This document shows positions 47,739-57,889 of a stretch of DNA of 64,000 nt, in pieces (within the stretch, counting starts at the first letter, position 1; every line of letters starts with the position of its first letter). The translations under genes were made by a program, and so were the position numbers. The notes beneath the pieces are model-generated. The model was not told the DNA's origin, searched no databases, and saw only the letters and a list, made by a program, of their open reading frames with translations. The DNA is from a virus, in the IMG/VR virus record IMGVR_UViG_3300026183_000827; one strand, 5' to 3'.

Positions 47739-49021
47739 TATGTATTGATCCAATTCTTAGCAGTATTTTTAACTTCATTTGCAACTTTGTTTACCTCATT
47801 TTCTGCTAATTTGATAGCATTATTGGCGTCAGTAACTAACCCATTTGAAACTTTATCTAAAGCTCCTTTAAGATTTCCTGTAACTGCTTCGTTAACGCAA
47901 TCACCTGTATCATCTGGAAAAATATCTGCCACACTACCAAGTGCATCCTTAATAATATCATCAGGATACGGAAGTTTAGGTGCACCAGAATCAGCATTAC
48001 CTGTTTCTCCTGTAGGCAAAGGATCTGGCTCATCTGGTTTAGGAACCAGATCAGGTAATTGTTCTTGACCTCTAGGGTCTGATGCGTCTGGATCTTGTTC
48101 TGGCGGTTTAGGAGCAATAACACCTGCATCTGTTGTTGTATTAGATTCTCCTACAGTTGTGATAGTTGTAGGAGTTGCTGCTGCGGCACTTAATCCATGA
48201 ATAAGAACATCTTTGACTTTTTCTCCAGATCTAAAATCATAACGATCATCTAAAGGGTCTATAACATAATATGTATAAGGATTATCATAATTTGGAAGTT
48301 CGGTACTAGGCAAAGGTGCTGCTCCTGCTCTTGTGCCTCTATATGCGCCTACACCTGAGCCTGCTGCTGCACGTTCAACTTGCGTTCTTTCGCTTACTCC
48401 GCTTGCAGGTAAACCCCTGTTGGCGCCTGAAGTAGAAACATTAATTTCAGTAACTTCACCTCGTCCGCCATTTTTAATATCTTCAAGTTGCTGATATACT
48501 GTATCAGGATCGTGATTAGCTTTGTTTAACCCGTCATTAGCATAAAAACTTTGTCCTTTTTTAAGATTTCGTTTTGGCTGATTTTTATAAACACTTCCTG
48601 CAGGTATATCATACGGTACAGGCATACTTGCAAATTCTGCTGCTAAAAATACCATAAATTGTCCAGTATTAATACTGTCTGTTTTCCATTGTTCGTACTT
48701 ACGAAATTTTACTAGACGTTGAATGATCATAGCATCTTGGACATCTGGCGAATAAACTGTTCGTAAGGGATCACATCCTAAGTATCCAGCACATTCACCT
48801 AATACATCTTTAAGCATTTGATATTTGCCTACAGCACTTGAGCGTCTGCCTGCATCTAAACGTTGTTGCTGATATGCTTGAACTTGAGATATCGTCATTG
48901 ATGTAAGAGAGGGTTCTACATGACCTGGCCACACGCTACAGTACGGATTACTCCTAACTGCTTCTCCGTCTGCGATCATTCTTAATAAATGTCTGTCTTG
49001 GTCACTTACTGTTACTGCCAT
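47738..49021 (-). CDS. Virion-associated lysozyme-like (lambda R/GH104-like) muralytic protein
   Basis: LLRMIADGE, LTSMTISQV, SSAVGKYQ, SPDVQD and EFASMP motifs, followed by a Pro/acidic low-complexity tail. Confidence 0.7.
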   Translation of the reverse strand: MAVTVSDQDRHLLRMIADGEAVRSNPYCSVWPGHVEPSLTSMTISQVQAYQQQRLDAGRRSSAVGKYQMLKDVLGECAGYLGCDPLRTVYSPDVQDAMIIQRLVKFRKYEQWKTDSINTGQFMVFLAAEFASMPVPYDIPAGSVYKNQPKRNLKKGQSFYANDGLNKANHDPDTVYQQLEDIKNGGRGEVTEINVSTSGANRGLPASGVSERTQVERAAAGSGVGAYRGTRAGAAPLPSTELPNYDNPYTYYVIDPLDDRYDFRSGEKVKDVLIHGLSAAAATPTTITTVGESNTTTDAGVIAPKPPEQDPDASDPRGQEQLPDLVPKPDEPDPLPTGETGNADSGAPKLPYPDDIIKDALGSVADIFPDDTGDCVNEAVTGNLKGALDKVSNGLVTDANNAIKLAENEVNKVANEVKNTAKNWINT

Positions 49022-49031
49022 TTATTATCCT

Positions 49032-52000
49032 CTACACTGTAAATTTCACGCCCGTAATATTGTTTAGAGCATTTTTAGCATCAGCTGAAACTTTACCTAA
49101 CGCATTATTTACATCAGCTTCTATTGCAGCAATATCTTTTCTTAAACCAGGAAATGACTGGAATGCATTTTGAGGTGGTTGCCAAGATACTCCTGCTATA
49201 TTAATTGTTGGTACATTATTAAGGACACTATTAACTTCTGGAAATAAATTGTTTGCAACATTATCTATTTCATCTCCAACTTCTGTTAATACTCGTTTGA
49301 TTGGAGATTCGCATGGATCGTCAGATACTGTTCCTTGTCCATTGCCGCCAACTTGGCCCGTAGGCGGAGTAGTTCCTACACCGTTGTTAACAGAAACATC
49401 GTCAGCTACACCTACAAATCCTTGCGATGTTCCTGATTCGTTTTCTTGTCCTCTTGATCTTACAAGATCTAAGGTTTGAGTAAATTTTCCTCCGTTAAAA
49501 CTGCTTTCAACAGTTAACACTTGGTATATTCCACTAAATTCAGGAACAAGCTTTGAATATGCTACATTGCTTCCTGTAAGAGAATAATCTACAGGAGTTC
49601 TAAAATTAACAATTACATAAACTTGATTTTCTAAATATGTCATATATCCGTCTTGTGTTATTGACGGTCCTTCGCCCCTATCTCCTATATAATTTCCTGT
49701 TTGAGTAGGAATAAAATAAGGATCTCCCATAATGTCTAAAGAAGCAGTAAGCATATCAACATTATTATTTAAAAATCTGTGATGGAATGTTTCTGCAAGA
49801 CGCTTACGAATGTCTGTTGTTCTACTGTCTCCTGTAATAGGAAAACTTCTAGATTCACTTACTGATCCGCCGCCGACGCCGTTTGAGTCTGCATTGCCGT
49901 CTACTTCTGCTGTAGTTGCACCTTTTTGATCGCCTGTATTTTGCAAAGTTTTTCTGTCTGATCCATTACTTGCAAGACCCCCTGAGTTCATACCAAAATT
50001 AGCATAAGCTTCTTGTAAAAATGTATTATTAAATTGAATATCAAAATTTAATACACTATCATTTTTTCCGGTGTATATGTAATTGTATTCTTTTTTTGCT
50101 GCTGCTCTTATACCGCCTCTATTAGGAGCTACACCTGAAGGACTTTGGAAAGAAGCATCATCAGCAAAAAATGGCACAACACTATAAACATAAATTCGAG
50201 GCATTCTACCAAATCTTCTTTCAGCTTCAGGATCATTATCCAAAAACACATGAGTATTAATTCTGTATAATTTTCTTATTCCGTTATCAGCATTGTCTAC
50301 AGCATTTTCGGCAGCATATTCGCTATCTACTAAAACTTTTTCAATTATTTCATCTATACGCATTCCTGCTGTAAAAGATTTTTCTCTTGCTTTTTCAGCA
50401 ACTGATAATTCAGTTGTTGTAGTATCAGCAACACCTTCATCATTGTAACACGCACTAGGATCTGCTGCCGCAGCAGTACCTCCTTGATTGTCATCAGTAA
50501 CAAGCAAACTTATTCCAATTTCATTCATAAACGAAATATCTCTTGAATAATTTTCTAAATTATTAGCAATTGTATTTTTAGCAGGCACTGCAACATTGTC
50601 AATTGATTCTTGCTTGCGTGGATCATTTTCTGGTAGCTCAGAAAGACCTTTTTCTATTTGAAGTTGTTCTGCGGCTGTTTTTGTAATTTGATCAGGAACT
50701 GTCATTTGTCCTGCTACAATTTTCATTATAGCAGAAGGATCTCTAGGAAACGCAATTACAACTCTATCTCCATTTGGCTGTGCTCCAGATTCTTCTAAAG
50801 CAGCTCTTCTTTGATTCATTGTTGCAGTAACAGACCTATCAACACCTGATAGTACATCAGACACAGTTGTTCCTACAGTATTGATATCCGATTTTACTTC
50901 AGCTGCTTCGTCGCTAAGAGCAATTTCACTATAAGGAACTGCTTGTACTTCGTAAGTAGAGCCCGATCCTGTAACAGAAAAGTTAACATTTATAATCTGT
51001 ATAGGAATATATGCTGGGGCTTGTACTGGTGTAATACTTTGTGTACCGTTTTCACTCCACCCTACAAATTCTATTTTTATGCAAAACGGAGCACTGTTAT
51101 AATTACTGTAACCTAGGTCTCCTGCGGCTGTTACTAACGATTGTATAAAATTACCCATACTATAAGGTTCACTTACTTCAAAGCGCAAATCAGTACCTAT
51201 TGTTGTTCCAGTTTTTTGGTTAGGCTGTATTACACCTTTTGTAGTTAAGTTATCTATAAAATATTCAGCATCGCCGCCGATTTCGTTTTCTATAGGAATT
51301 CGGTGCCTTTTATTATAGTGGCCGCCGCCTGTCCTAGCAATTATTTTTTGGAAATCTCCATTTTCTTTCAATATTAAAGGATTATTGAGTTCAGTTGTAG
51401 AAAGTATACCTAAAGTAATAACATAGTTCCAAGAATTGAATTCGTTTAATGGATTACTTATAAAGTTTGGTTTTCCGGATGTGCCTGTAACATTACCGCC
51501 TGATGCTAATGCATCAGAAAATATTCCTATACCACTTCTGTCTTCTATTTCATCTGCTAGTTCTCTTAAAACATCAAATGTACCTCCTACGGCACCTAAA
51601 ATAGTTTCAAATTCCTTAGGAATTACATTTATAACTTGGTTTGTAAAATTAGATAAATCGCTAAATCCACCTACAATATTGTTAAGTGTATCAAAACTAA
51701 ATCCTTTAACAAAATCTCCTGGAGAATTAAAGTTACCAATTTTGCTACTTATAGCATTACCAATTTTATCTAGTTCTTGAGAACTAATTCCGTCAAAAAT
51801 ACTTAAATCTAAATTTGTATTAATTGCTTGTTTAAGATCTGCGCCCGGGTTAACAGCTACAGTACTCAAAATATTATCTAATTTTAGTGCGCCTGACTCT
51901 TGTAAAAAATTAAAGCCGCCTGCTTGGACTTTTGCTAAAACATTATTAGCAGTACCTGTTGTTGCAGCAGTAATAGCATTACTGTTTTTAAACATTGTTG

Positions 52001-52184
52001 AAACTTCTTGAGCAGTTCTGTTTATTATTTCATTTGTATTTTCAAATCCAACAGCATTTACACCTGTAACAGAAACATTTGAACTAGCATTTTTTGTTGC
52101 CGTAGTAATAGCCTTTGCAACATCGTCTGCAGCGTTTATAGCACCAAGAAGTGCACCACCTGTGTTTGCAAAAATAGATGCCAT
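49032..52184 (-). CDS. Baseplate hub / tail protein (gp27/gp44-like)
   Basis: Position in the module; EPYSMGNF, YNYIYTGKN, LDIMGDPYFI and FSGIYQVLTVESSFNGGKFTQTL (hub C-terminal pattern). Confidence 0.55.
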   Translation of the reverse strand: MASIFANTGGALLGAINAADDVAKAITTATKNASSNVSVTGVNAVGFENTNEIINRTAQEVSTMFKNSNAITAATTGTANNVLAKVQAGGFNFLQESGALKLDNILSTVAVNPGADLKQAINTNLDLSIFDGISSQELDKIGNAISSKIGNFNSPGDFVKGFSFDTLNNIVGGFSDLSNFTNQVINVIPKEFETILGAVGGTFDVLRELADEIEDRSGIGIFSDALASGGNVTGTSGKPNFISNPLNEFNSWNYVITLGILSTTELNNPLILKENGDFQKIIARTGGGHYNKRHRIPIENEIGGDAEYFIDNLTTKGVIQPNQKTGTTIGTDLRFEVSEPYSMGNFIQSLVTAAGDLGYSNYNSAPFCIKIEFVGWSENGTQSITPVQAPAYIPIQIINVNFSVTGSGSTYEVQAVPYSEIALSDEAAEVKSDINTVGTTVSDVLSGVDRSVTATMNQRRAALEESGAQPNGDRVVIAFPRDPSAIMKIVAGQMTVPDQITKTAAEQLQIEKGLSELPENDPRKQESIDNVAVPAKNTIANNLENYSRDISFMNEIGISLLVTDDNQGGTAAAADPSACYNDEGVADTTTTELSVAEKAREKSFTAGMRIDEIIEKVLVDSEYAAENAVDNADNGIRKLYRINTHVFLDNDPEAERRFGRMPRIYVYSVVPFFADDASFQSPSGVAPNRGGIRAAAKKEYNYIYTGKNDSVLNFDIQFNNTFLQEAYANFGMNSGGLASNGSDRKTLQNTGDQKGATTAEVDGNADSNGVGGGSVSESRSFPITGDSRTTDIRKRLAETFHHRFLNNNVDMLTASLDIMGDPYFIPTQTGNYIGDRGEGPSITQDGYMTYLENQVYVIVNFRTPVDYSLTGSNVAYSKLVPEFSGIYQVLTVESSFNGGKFTQTLDLVRSRGQENESGTSQGFVGVADDVSVNNGVGTTPPTGQVGGNGQGTVSDDPCESPIKRVLTEVGDEIDNVANNLFPEVNSVLNNVPTINIAGVSWQPPQNAFQSFPGLRKDIAAIEADVNNALGKVSADAKNALNNITGVKFTV

Positions 52185-52511
52185 TTATGCTCCTAAAATA
52201 CTTTTTAAATGTTTTCTTTGAGGCAGATAGATTTTTGTGCCTGCAACAAAGTCAAAAACTGGATCTTTTAATATATCAGGATTTCTTTGTGTAAAAATCC
52301 ACCATAGTTCTCTACTAGAATATAAATCAAAAGCTAATAAATCTGGACGATATGTATAAGCAGGTGTTATCTCATATAAAATATCATCGCCTGCTACAGG
52401 AACAGGTCTAGCTCTCATTATATCTAAATATCCTGCACTGGTAATAGGTGTTTTTCCGTAGGGACCTTTATTTTTTATTTTATCAATGTTTGCGTCAGTT
52501 AATCCAGCCAT
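52185..52511 (-). CDS. Baseplate wedge gp53-like (LysM-like) protein
   Basis: YRPDLLAFDLY....LWWIF..RN.....DP..DF.AG..IYLP motif. Confidence 0.75.
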   Translation of the reverse strand: MAGLTDANIDKIKNKGPYGKTPITSAGYLDIMRARPVPVAGDDILYEITPAYTYRPDLLAFDLYSSRELWWIFTQRNPDILKDPVFDFVAGTKIYLPQRKHLKSILGA

Positions 52512-53440
52512 TAGATAAATCCTTCATCTGAGTTTATAAAGTCTCCTCTAGCAAATGCTTCTAAGCTAAATCTGCTATGAGCTGTTCTTGCATAATTTGG
52601 TATTACTGTAACAGTAAAAATACTCTGTGTAGGCACATATGTTACTTCACCATTTATATCACACTCAATATAATCTACATCTGCTGGCATATCAGTAGTA
52701 AAATTAGATATTAGTACAGGAACATTATTGAAAACATGTTTACCGTAACCGTTTAGTCTACAAACAGGTGGAGGATTTCCTAAGTCGTTACTCTGACCAT
52801 AATACATCTTTGTCATTGTTCTTAAGAAATGCAAACATGCTACCCAATATCTTGCATCATCATCATTTTCGCTAAAAAACTCTCCTGTAATAGTAATATT
52901 ATCTACTTGACTGTTTTCATAAGCATAAAATGGATGGTTAGTGTGTGTAGGATGTACTGGTGAATAATTTGCACTTGAACCTAAAATAATCGTAGGTGTA
53001 AAAGGAAACAACATACTACTTCCTGTATTTGCTATCGGACGTAATATGTCGCCCTGTATTAAATTTTCAGGTGCTGTAATCTTTACACGCCAATCTAATG
53101 CATCAACAGTCGTGTAATCATCTCTAATAATTGCCTTTGTAAATGTTTTTCCTTGAGGAGATGCTCCGTAACCTACATTTTGTAAAGCATTAGATGCCAT
53201 TCGTATAGCTGACCCAACTTGACCTAATGAACCGTTGCCGCCATTGATTAGAGTATCAACTGCGCCTAACGCATTTGCAACGTTGTCTAACGTACTACCT
53301 CGTCCTGAAGAAATATTTCTAAATGAAGTTACTGCTGTGTTAAGACTAGAAGTCACTCTTGAAACATTTCGAGATGTTTCTAAGATATTGGATCCTATAA
53401 TATTGCTTGTTAAGTTATTGAATGAACTAAAAATTGACAT
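52511..53440 (-). CDS. Tail tube initiator / baseplate gp48-gp54-like protein
   Basis: FPFTPTI, PPPVCRLNGYG..VFNNVPVLI.NF and YVPT motifs. Confidence 0.6.
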   Translation of the reverse strand: MSIFSSFNNLTSNIIGSNILETSRNVSRVTSSLNTAVTSFRNISSGRGSTLDNVANALGAVDTLINGGNGSLGQVGSAIRMASNALQNVGYGASPQGKTFTKAIIRDDYTTVDALDWRVKITAPENLIQGDILRPIANTGSSMLFPFTPTIILGSSANYSPVHPTHTNHPFYAYENSQVDNITITGEFFSENDDDARYWVACLHFLRTMTKMYYGQSNDLGNPPPVCRLNGYGKHVFNNVPVLISNFTTDMPADVDYIECDINGEVTYVPTQSIFTVTVIPNYARTAHSRFSLEAFARGDFINSDEGFI

Positions 53441-53466
53441 AATGGCGTATCTCCATAAGTATTTAG

Positions 53467-53500
53467 TTGACTTTTTTAACTACGTATATTATAATAAATA
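53467..53500 (+). promoter_or_regulatory. sigma70-type promoter of the gp55 gene with an overlapping late-promoter motif
   Basis: TTGACT(53467)-17 nt-TATAAT(53490); ATAAATA at 53494-53500. Confidence 0.75.
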
Positions 53501-53521
53501 CTGTTAGCCAATGGAGAAGGT

Positions 53522-54370
53522 ATGAAAAAGAAAAATTATCTTAACAATAAAGACATTTTAAAAGAAATACACAAATCAAAAAATACATTTAACAGTTTTG
53601 TAGAAAAAGACTATGCCAACTATGACATAATCTTAGATAGCGTAGACAAAATTAATATTAGAACTATTGCAGAAGCCAAACGCAATAAAGCAAAACGTTT
53701 AGGATCTGAAGACTACGAAAGACGTAAACTAGCAGGTGAAAAAGTAAAACAAGCAGACTGCGAAGTTGATTATAGAAGTATTACCAAAGAAGAATTAATC
53801 TTTCGTGTGATGACATTTGATCACATCCCAGAAGAACCAGGACGTAAGAAAAATCCAAAAACTGTTGCAGATACTAAAACAAAACTAAATTTTCCTCCTT
53901 TTCAACATTTTAAATTCAATGAAGAAGACGAACTAGTATGTGTTGGTAAAAGTCATTGGGTAGGCGGAATGGAAAATGGATATTTTAGTCACAAACACGG
54001 AAAGGCTACAGATAATTTAGCATTAATGTGGTTGAAACTAGTAGATCGTTATGCTACAAGAGGTAATGTTCGTGGTTATACTTATAATGACGAAATGAAA
54101 GGTCAAGCAATCCTACAACTTTCGCAAATTGGTTTACAGTTTGACGAATCAAAATCTAATAATCCATTTGCTTATTACACTGCTGCTGTTACTAACTCAT
54201 TTGTACGTGTTATCAACATTGAAAAACGAAATCAAAACATACGTGACGATATACTAGAACAAAACGGTCTTAATCCTAGCTATACAAGACAACACGAAGG
54301 CGAATGGGAAGCAAGTATTAAAAGAAACGAGGAAGCAAGTATGTCAGCTTTTCCGGCAAAAAAAGGTTGA
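53522..54370 (+). CDS. gp55: Late-transcription sigma factor, T4 gp55-like
   Basis: NYLNNKDIL N-terminus, GYTYNDEMK and FDESKSNNPFAYYT..NSFVRVINIEK; gp55-47-46 synteny. Confidence 0.85.
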   Translation: MKKKNYLNNKDILKEIHKSKNTFNSFVEKDYANYDIILDSVDKINIRTIAEAKRNKAKRLGSEDYERRKLAGEKVKQADCEVDYRSITKEELIFRVMTFDHIPEEPGRKKNPKTVADTKTKLNFPPFQHFKFNEEDELVCVGKSHWVGGMENGYFSHKHGKATDNLALMWLKLVDRYATRGNVRGYTYNDEMKGQAILQLSQIGLQFDESKSNNPFAYYTAAVTNSFVRVINIEKRNQNIRDDILEQNGLNPSYTRQHEGEWEASIKRNEEASMSAFPAKKG

Positions 54371-54395
54371 CAAGTGTTTAAAATCCACGTATACT
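54367..54395 (+). promoter_or_regulatory. sigma70-type promoter of gp47-gp46
   Basis: TTGACA-17 nt-TATACT, followed by a GGAG RBS. Confidence 0.8.
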
Positions 54396-54423
54396 TAAAC
54401 ACAGTATAAATGGAGATATTACC

Positions 54424-55440
54424 TTGTTTAAAAAAGCTGCTGTTTTTACAGACATTCACTTTGGTCTTAAAGGCAATAGTCGTGTTCATAACGACGACTG
54501 TGAAAATTTTATAGATTGGTTTATTGGACAAGCAAAAGAAAACGGTTGCGAAACTGCTATTTTTTGCGGCGATTGGCATCATAATCGTAATTCACTTAAT
54601 CTTACTACAATGGATGCTACAATTCGTAGTTTAGAAAAACTAGGTAAAGCATTTGACAAGTTTTACATGTTTGTAGGTAATCACGACTTGTATTATAAAG
54701 ACAAGCGTGAAGTAAGTTCTACAATATTTGGTAAACACATTCCAGGCGTTACATTTATAGATGAAATACTTGTAGAAGATGACGTAGCACTTGTTCCGTG
54801 GCTTGTTGGAGACGAATGGAAAAGGATAAGCAAGGTAAAATCCAAATATATGTTTGGTCATTTTGAGCTTCCTAGTTTTTATATGAATGCTATGGTGCAG
54901 ATGCCCGATCACGGTGAACTAAAAAGCGAACATTTTGAACATCAAGACTATGTATTTTCAGGACACTTCCACAAGCGACAAAAGCAAGGCAAGATCCATT
55001 ATATTGGTAATGCTTTCCCACACAATTATGCTGATGCTTGGGATGACGAACGTGGTATGATGATATTAGACCGTGAAAACAATGCGGAGCCTGAGTATAT
55101 CAACTGGCCAGAGTGTCCAAAGTACCGTACAGTCAAGTTATCACAGTTGATTGATGAGAAAGATACTTTGATTAAGCCTAATATGTATCTAAGAGTTACA
55201 TTAGACTTACCTATTAGTTATGAAGAAGCAAGTTTTATTAAAGAAACATTTATTTCTGAATACAATTGTAGAGAAATCACACTTATTCCCCAAAAACAAA
55301 TAGAAGAAATATCAACAGATTTAGATATTGCACAATTTGAAAGTGTAGATCAAATTGTAGCAAACGAAATTTCAGAATTAGATACAGAAAACTACAATAA
55401 AAAAATGTTATTAGACATTTATAATGGATTAGAACACTAA
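54424..55440 (+). CDS. gp47: Recombination nuclease subunit gp47 (Mre11/SbcD-like)
   Basis: DIHFG, GDWHH, GNHD, GHFE and SGHFH metallophosphoesterase motifs. Confidence 0.92.
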   Translation: MFKKAAVFTDIHFGLKGNSRVHNDDCENFIDWFIGQAKENGCETAIFCGDWHHNRNSLNLTTMDATIRSLEKLGKAFDKFYMFVGNHDLYYKDKREVSSTIFGKHIPGVTFIDEILVEDDVALVPWLVGDEWKRISKVKSKYMFGHFELPSFYMNAMVQMPDHGELKSEHFEHQDYVFSGHFHKRQKQGKIHYIGNAFPHNYADAWDDERGMMILDRENNAEPEYINWPECPKYRTVKLSQLIDEKDTLIKPNMYLRVTLDLPISYEEASFIKETFISEYNCREITLIPQKQIEEISTDLDIAQFESVDQIVANEISELDTENYNKKMLLDIYNGLEH

Positions 55441-57213
55441 ATGATTAAAATTAAAGATTTAACTGTAAAAAACTTCATGAGTGTAGGCAATCAAACTCAA
55501 GCAGTTGATTTTAACCACGAACAACTAACACTTGTGCTTGGAGAGAACTTAGATCAAGGCGGAGATGATGCAGGATCACGTAATGGAACAGGTAAAACTA
55601 CAATAATTAACGCACTATCCTACGCACTATACGGTCAAGCACTTACAAATATCAAAAGAAATAATTTAATTAATAAAACTAACTCAAAAGGTATGTTAGT
55701 TACGCTCCATTTTGAAAAAGATGGACAAGATTATAGAATCGAACGCGGACGGTCTCCTAATGTACTCAAGTTTTTTATTAACGAACACGAACAAGAACTA
55801 ACAGATGAAAGCCAAGGTGACAGTCGTAAGACACAAGAAAGTATTAACGATTTACTTGGTATGAGTCATGATATGTTTAAGCATGTTGTTGCACTTAATA
55901 CATACTCAGAACCTTTTTTAAGTATGCGAGCAAACGATCAACGTGCTATTATCGAACAATTGTTAGGCATAACATTGCTAACTGAAAAAGCAGATGCACT
56001 TAAAGATCAAATTAAATTTACAAAAGACTCTATTACAGAAGAAACACTAAAAATTGATGCAATAAAATCTGCAAATGAAAAAATTGAAGCCAGTATAAAT
56101 GGTTTGTTTAGCAGACAACGTGCATGGATTGCAAAAAAAGAACAAGATATTTTAAAATTACAGCAAGGTATCGAAGAATTAGAAAAAGTTGATATTGACC
56201 AAGAACTAGACGCTCACGAAAAACTAGCAAATTGGACAGAAATGAACAATGCTATTTTGGCTCTTAATAAAGAAAAAAGCACATTAGAGAGTGCATTGTT
56301 ACGTGCCACTAAATCTGTAGAAAAAGCTGAAAAAGACATCGCAGATCTTGACGATGCTACATGTTATACATGCGGCCAGGCACTACATGAAGACAAAAAA
56401 ATAGAAATTGAAAAGAGAAAAACTAAAGAATTAAACGATGCAATAGCATATCAAACAGAAGTTGCCGATAAACTAGAAGATGTGTTGAAAGGTTTAACAG
56501 ATATTGGAGATATCAACGGCAAACCTAATACGTTTTATGAAACTGCTAAAGAAGCATACGATCACAGAAGTAATGTTGACAACTTAAAACAAGCATTTGA
56601 CAATAAAAAACAAGAAGACGATCCTTATCAAGCACAAATTGATGATTTAAAAGAAACAGCACTTCAAGAAATCGACTGGACTCCTGTAAACGAACTAACT
56701 TCGTACAAGGAACACCAAGAGTTTTTATTAAAACTTCTTACAAACAAAGATTCATTTATTCGTAAAAAGATTATTGATCAGAATCTTGCGTATTTGAACA
56801 ATAGGCTTACATATTATCTTGATCGATTAGGACTTCCTCATCAAGTTGTGTTCCAAAACGATCTAAATGTAGAAATTACACAACTAGGACAAGACTTAGA
56901 CTTTGATAATTTGTCAAGAGGTGAGCGTAATCGCTTAATACTCGGTCTAAGTTTTGCATTCCGTGATGTTTGGGAAAGTTTGTATCAAAATGTTAACTTA
57001 TTATTCATTGATGAGTTAATTGATAGTGGTATGGATACTGCTGGTGTTGAAAATTCACTAGGCATTCTTAAAAAAATGACTAGAGAACGAAACAAAAATA
57101 TATTTTTAATAAGTCATAAAGACGAATTAGTAGGTCGTGTTAATCACGTACTAAAAGTAATAAAAGAGAATGGATTTACATCATATGCAAACGATGTAGA
57201 TATTGTAGAATAA
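55441..57213 (+). CDS. gp46: Recombination ATPase subunit gp46 (Rad50/SbcC-like)
   Basis: NGTGKTT Walker A, coiled coil with CYTC zinc hook, LSRGE signature, LFIDE Walker B and ISH. Confidence 0.93.
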   Translation: MIKIKDLTVKNFMSVGNQTQAVDFNHEQLTLVLGENLDQGGDDAGSRNGTGKTTIINALSYALYGQALTNIKRNNLINKTNSKGMLVTLHFEKDGQDYRIERGRSPNVLKFFINEHEQELTDESQGDSRKTQESINDLLGMSHDMFKHVVALNTYSEPFLSMRANDQRAIIEQLLGITLLTEKADALKDQIKFTKDSITEETLKIDAIKSANEKIEASINGLFSRQRAWIAKKEQDILKLQQGIEELEKVDIDQELDAHEKLANWTEMNNAILALNKEKSTLESALLRATKSVEKAEKDIADLDDATCYTCGQALHEDKKIEIEKRKTKELNDAIAYQTEVADKLEDVLKGLTDIGDINGKPNTFYETAKEAYDHRSNVDNLKQAFDNKKQEDDPYQAQIDDLKETALQEIDWTPVNELTSYKEHQEFLLKLLTNKDSFIRKKIIDQNLAYLNNRLTYYLDRLGLPHQVVFQNDLNVEITQLGQDLDFDNLSRGERNRLILGLSFAFRDVWESLYQNVNLLFIDELIDSGMDTAGVENSLGILKKMTRERNKNIFLISHKDELVGRVNHVLKVIKENGFTSYANDVDIVE

Positions 57214-57416
57214 TGGAAGACACTCAAGACAAACTAGTAAAGGCTTATTTAGAATACTTTAAGGCAAATGAAGTTTTTGAACAACGCAATTCTGTGCGAA
57301 CTCATAGATATGTAAGAAAATGCTTACGTGATATTAGGGATTTAGCAAAAAAACGCATGGAAGAGATACACGAAAAACACAACACTACAAGAAAAACCAA
57401 AAAAATAGAAAATTAA
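57213..57416 (+). CDS. Small basic helical hypothetical protein
   Basis: 67 aa, TAATG-coupled to gp46, Lys/Arg-rich. Confidence 0.65.
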   Translation: MEDTQDKLVKAYLEYFKANEVFEQRNSVRTHRYVRKCLRDIRDLAKKRMEEIHEKHNTTRKTKKIEN

Positions 57417-57439
57417 AATAGGCATCGGTAAGTAAGTTC

Positions 57440-57889
57440 ATGCAGTGGACTTATGAAGGAAAACAAATTGATATAATACCTGACGAGTATGAAGGATTTG
57501 TTTATCTCATAACCAATCTTACCACTGGGCAAAAGTATGTAGGCAAAAAACTAGCAAAGTTTAAAACAACTAAGCCACCTCTCAAAGGCAAAAAAAACAA
57601 ACGCAGAGGCTATAAAGAATCAGACTGGCGTGACTATTGGGGTTCATCTGATAGACTACAAGCTGATGTTGAAGCACTAGGCCCAGAAAACTTCACTAGA
57701 GAAATATTATACCTATGTAAAGGCAGAGGTGAGATGTCTTACCTTGAGGCAAGAGAGCAGTTTGAGCGCCGTGTATTAGAAACAGATGAGTATTATAACG
57801 GAATTATTAACGTAAGAGTTGGCGGCTCAGACAAACTAAAGCAAGCTCTATTAGAACACACCATACAGGCAAAACAATCCAACACATAA
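57440..57889 (+). CDS. Stand-alone GIY-YIG nuclease
   Basis: GFVYLITN..GQKYVGKK, YWGSS, FTREIL, LEAREQ and YYN motifs; no C-terminal NUMOD/HTH DNA-binding domain. Confidence 0.8.
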   Translation: MQWTYEGKQIDIIPDEYEGFVYLITNLTTGQKYVGKKLAKFKTTKPPLKGKKNKRRGYKESDWRDYWGSSDRLQADVEALGPENFTREILYLCKGRGEMSYLEAREQFERRVLETDEYYNGIINVRVGGSDKLKQALLEHTIQAKQSNT

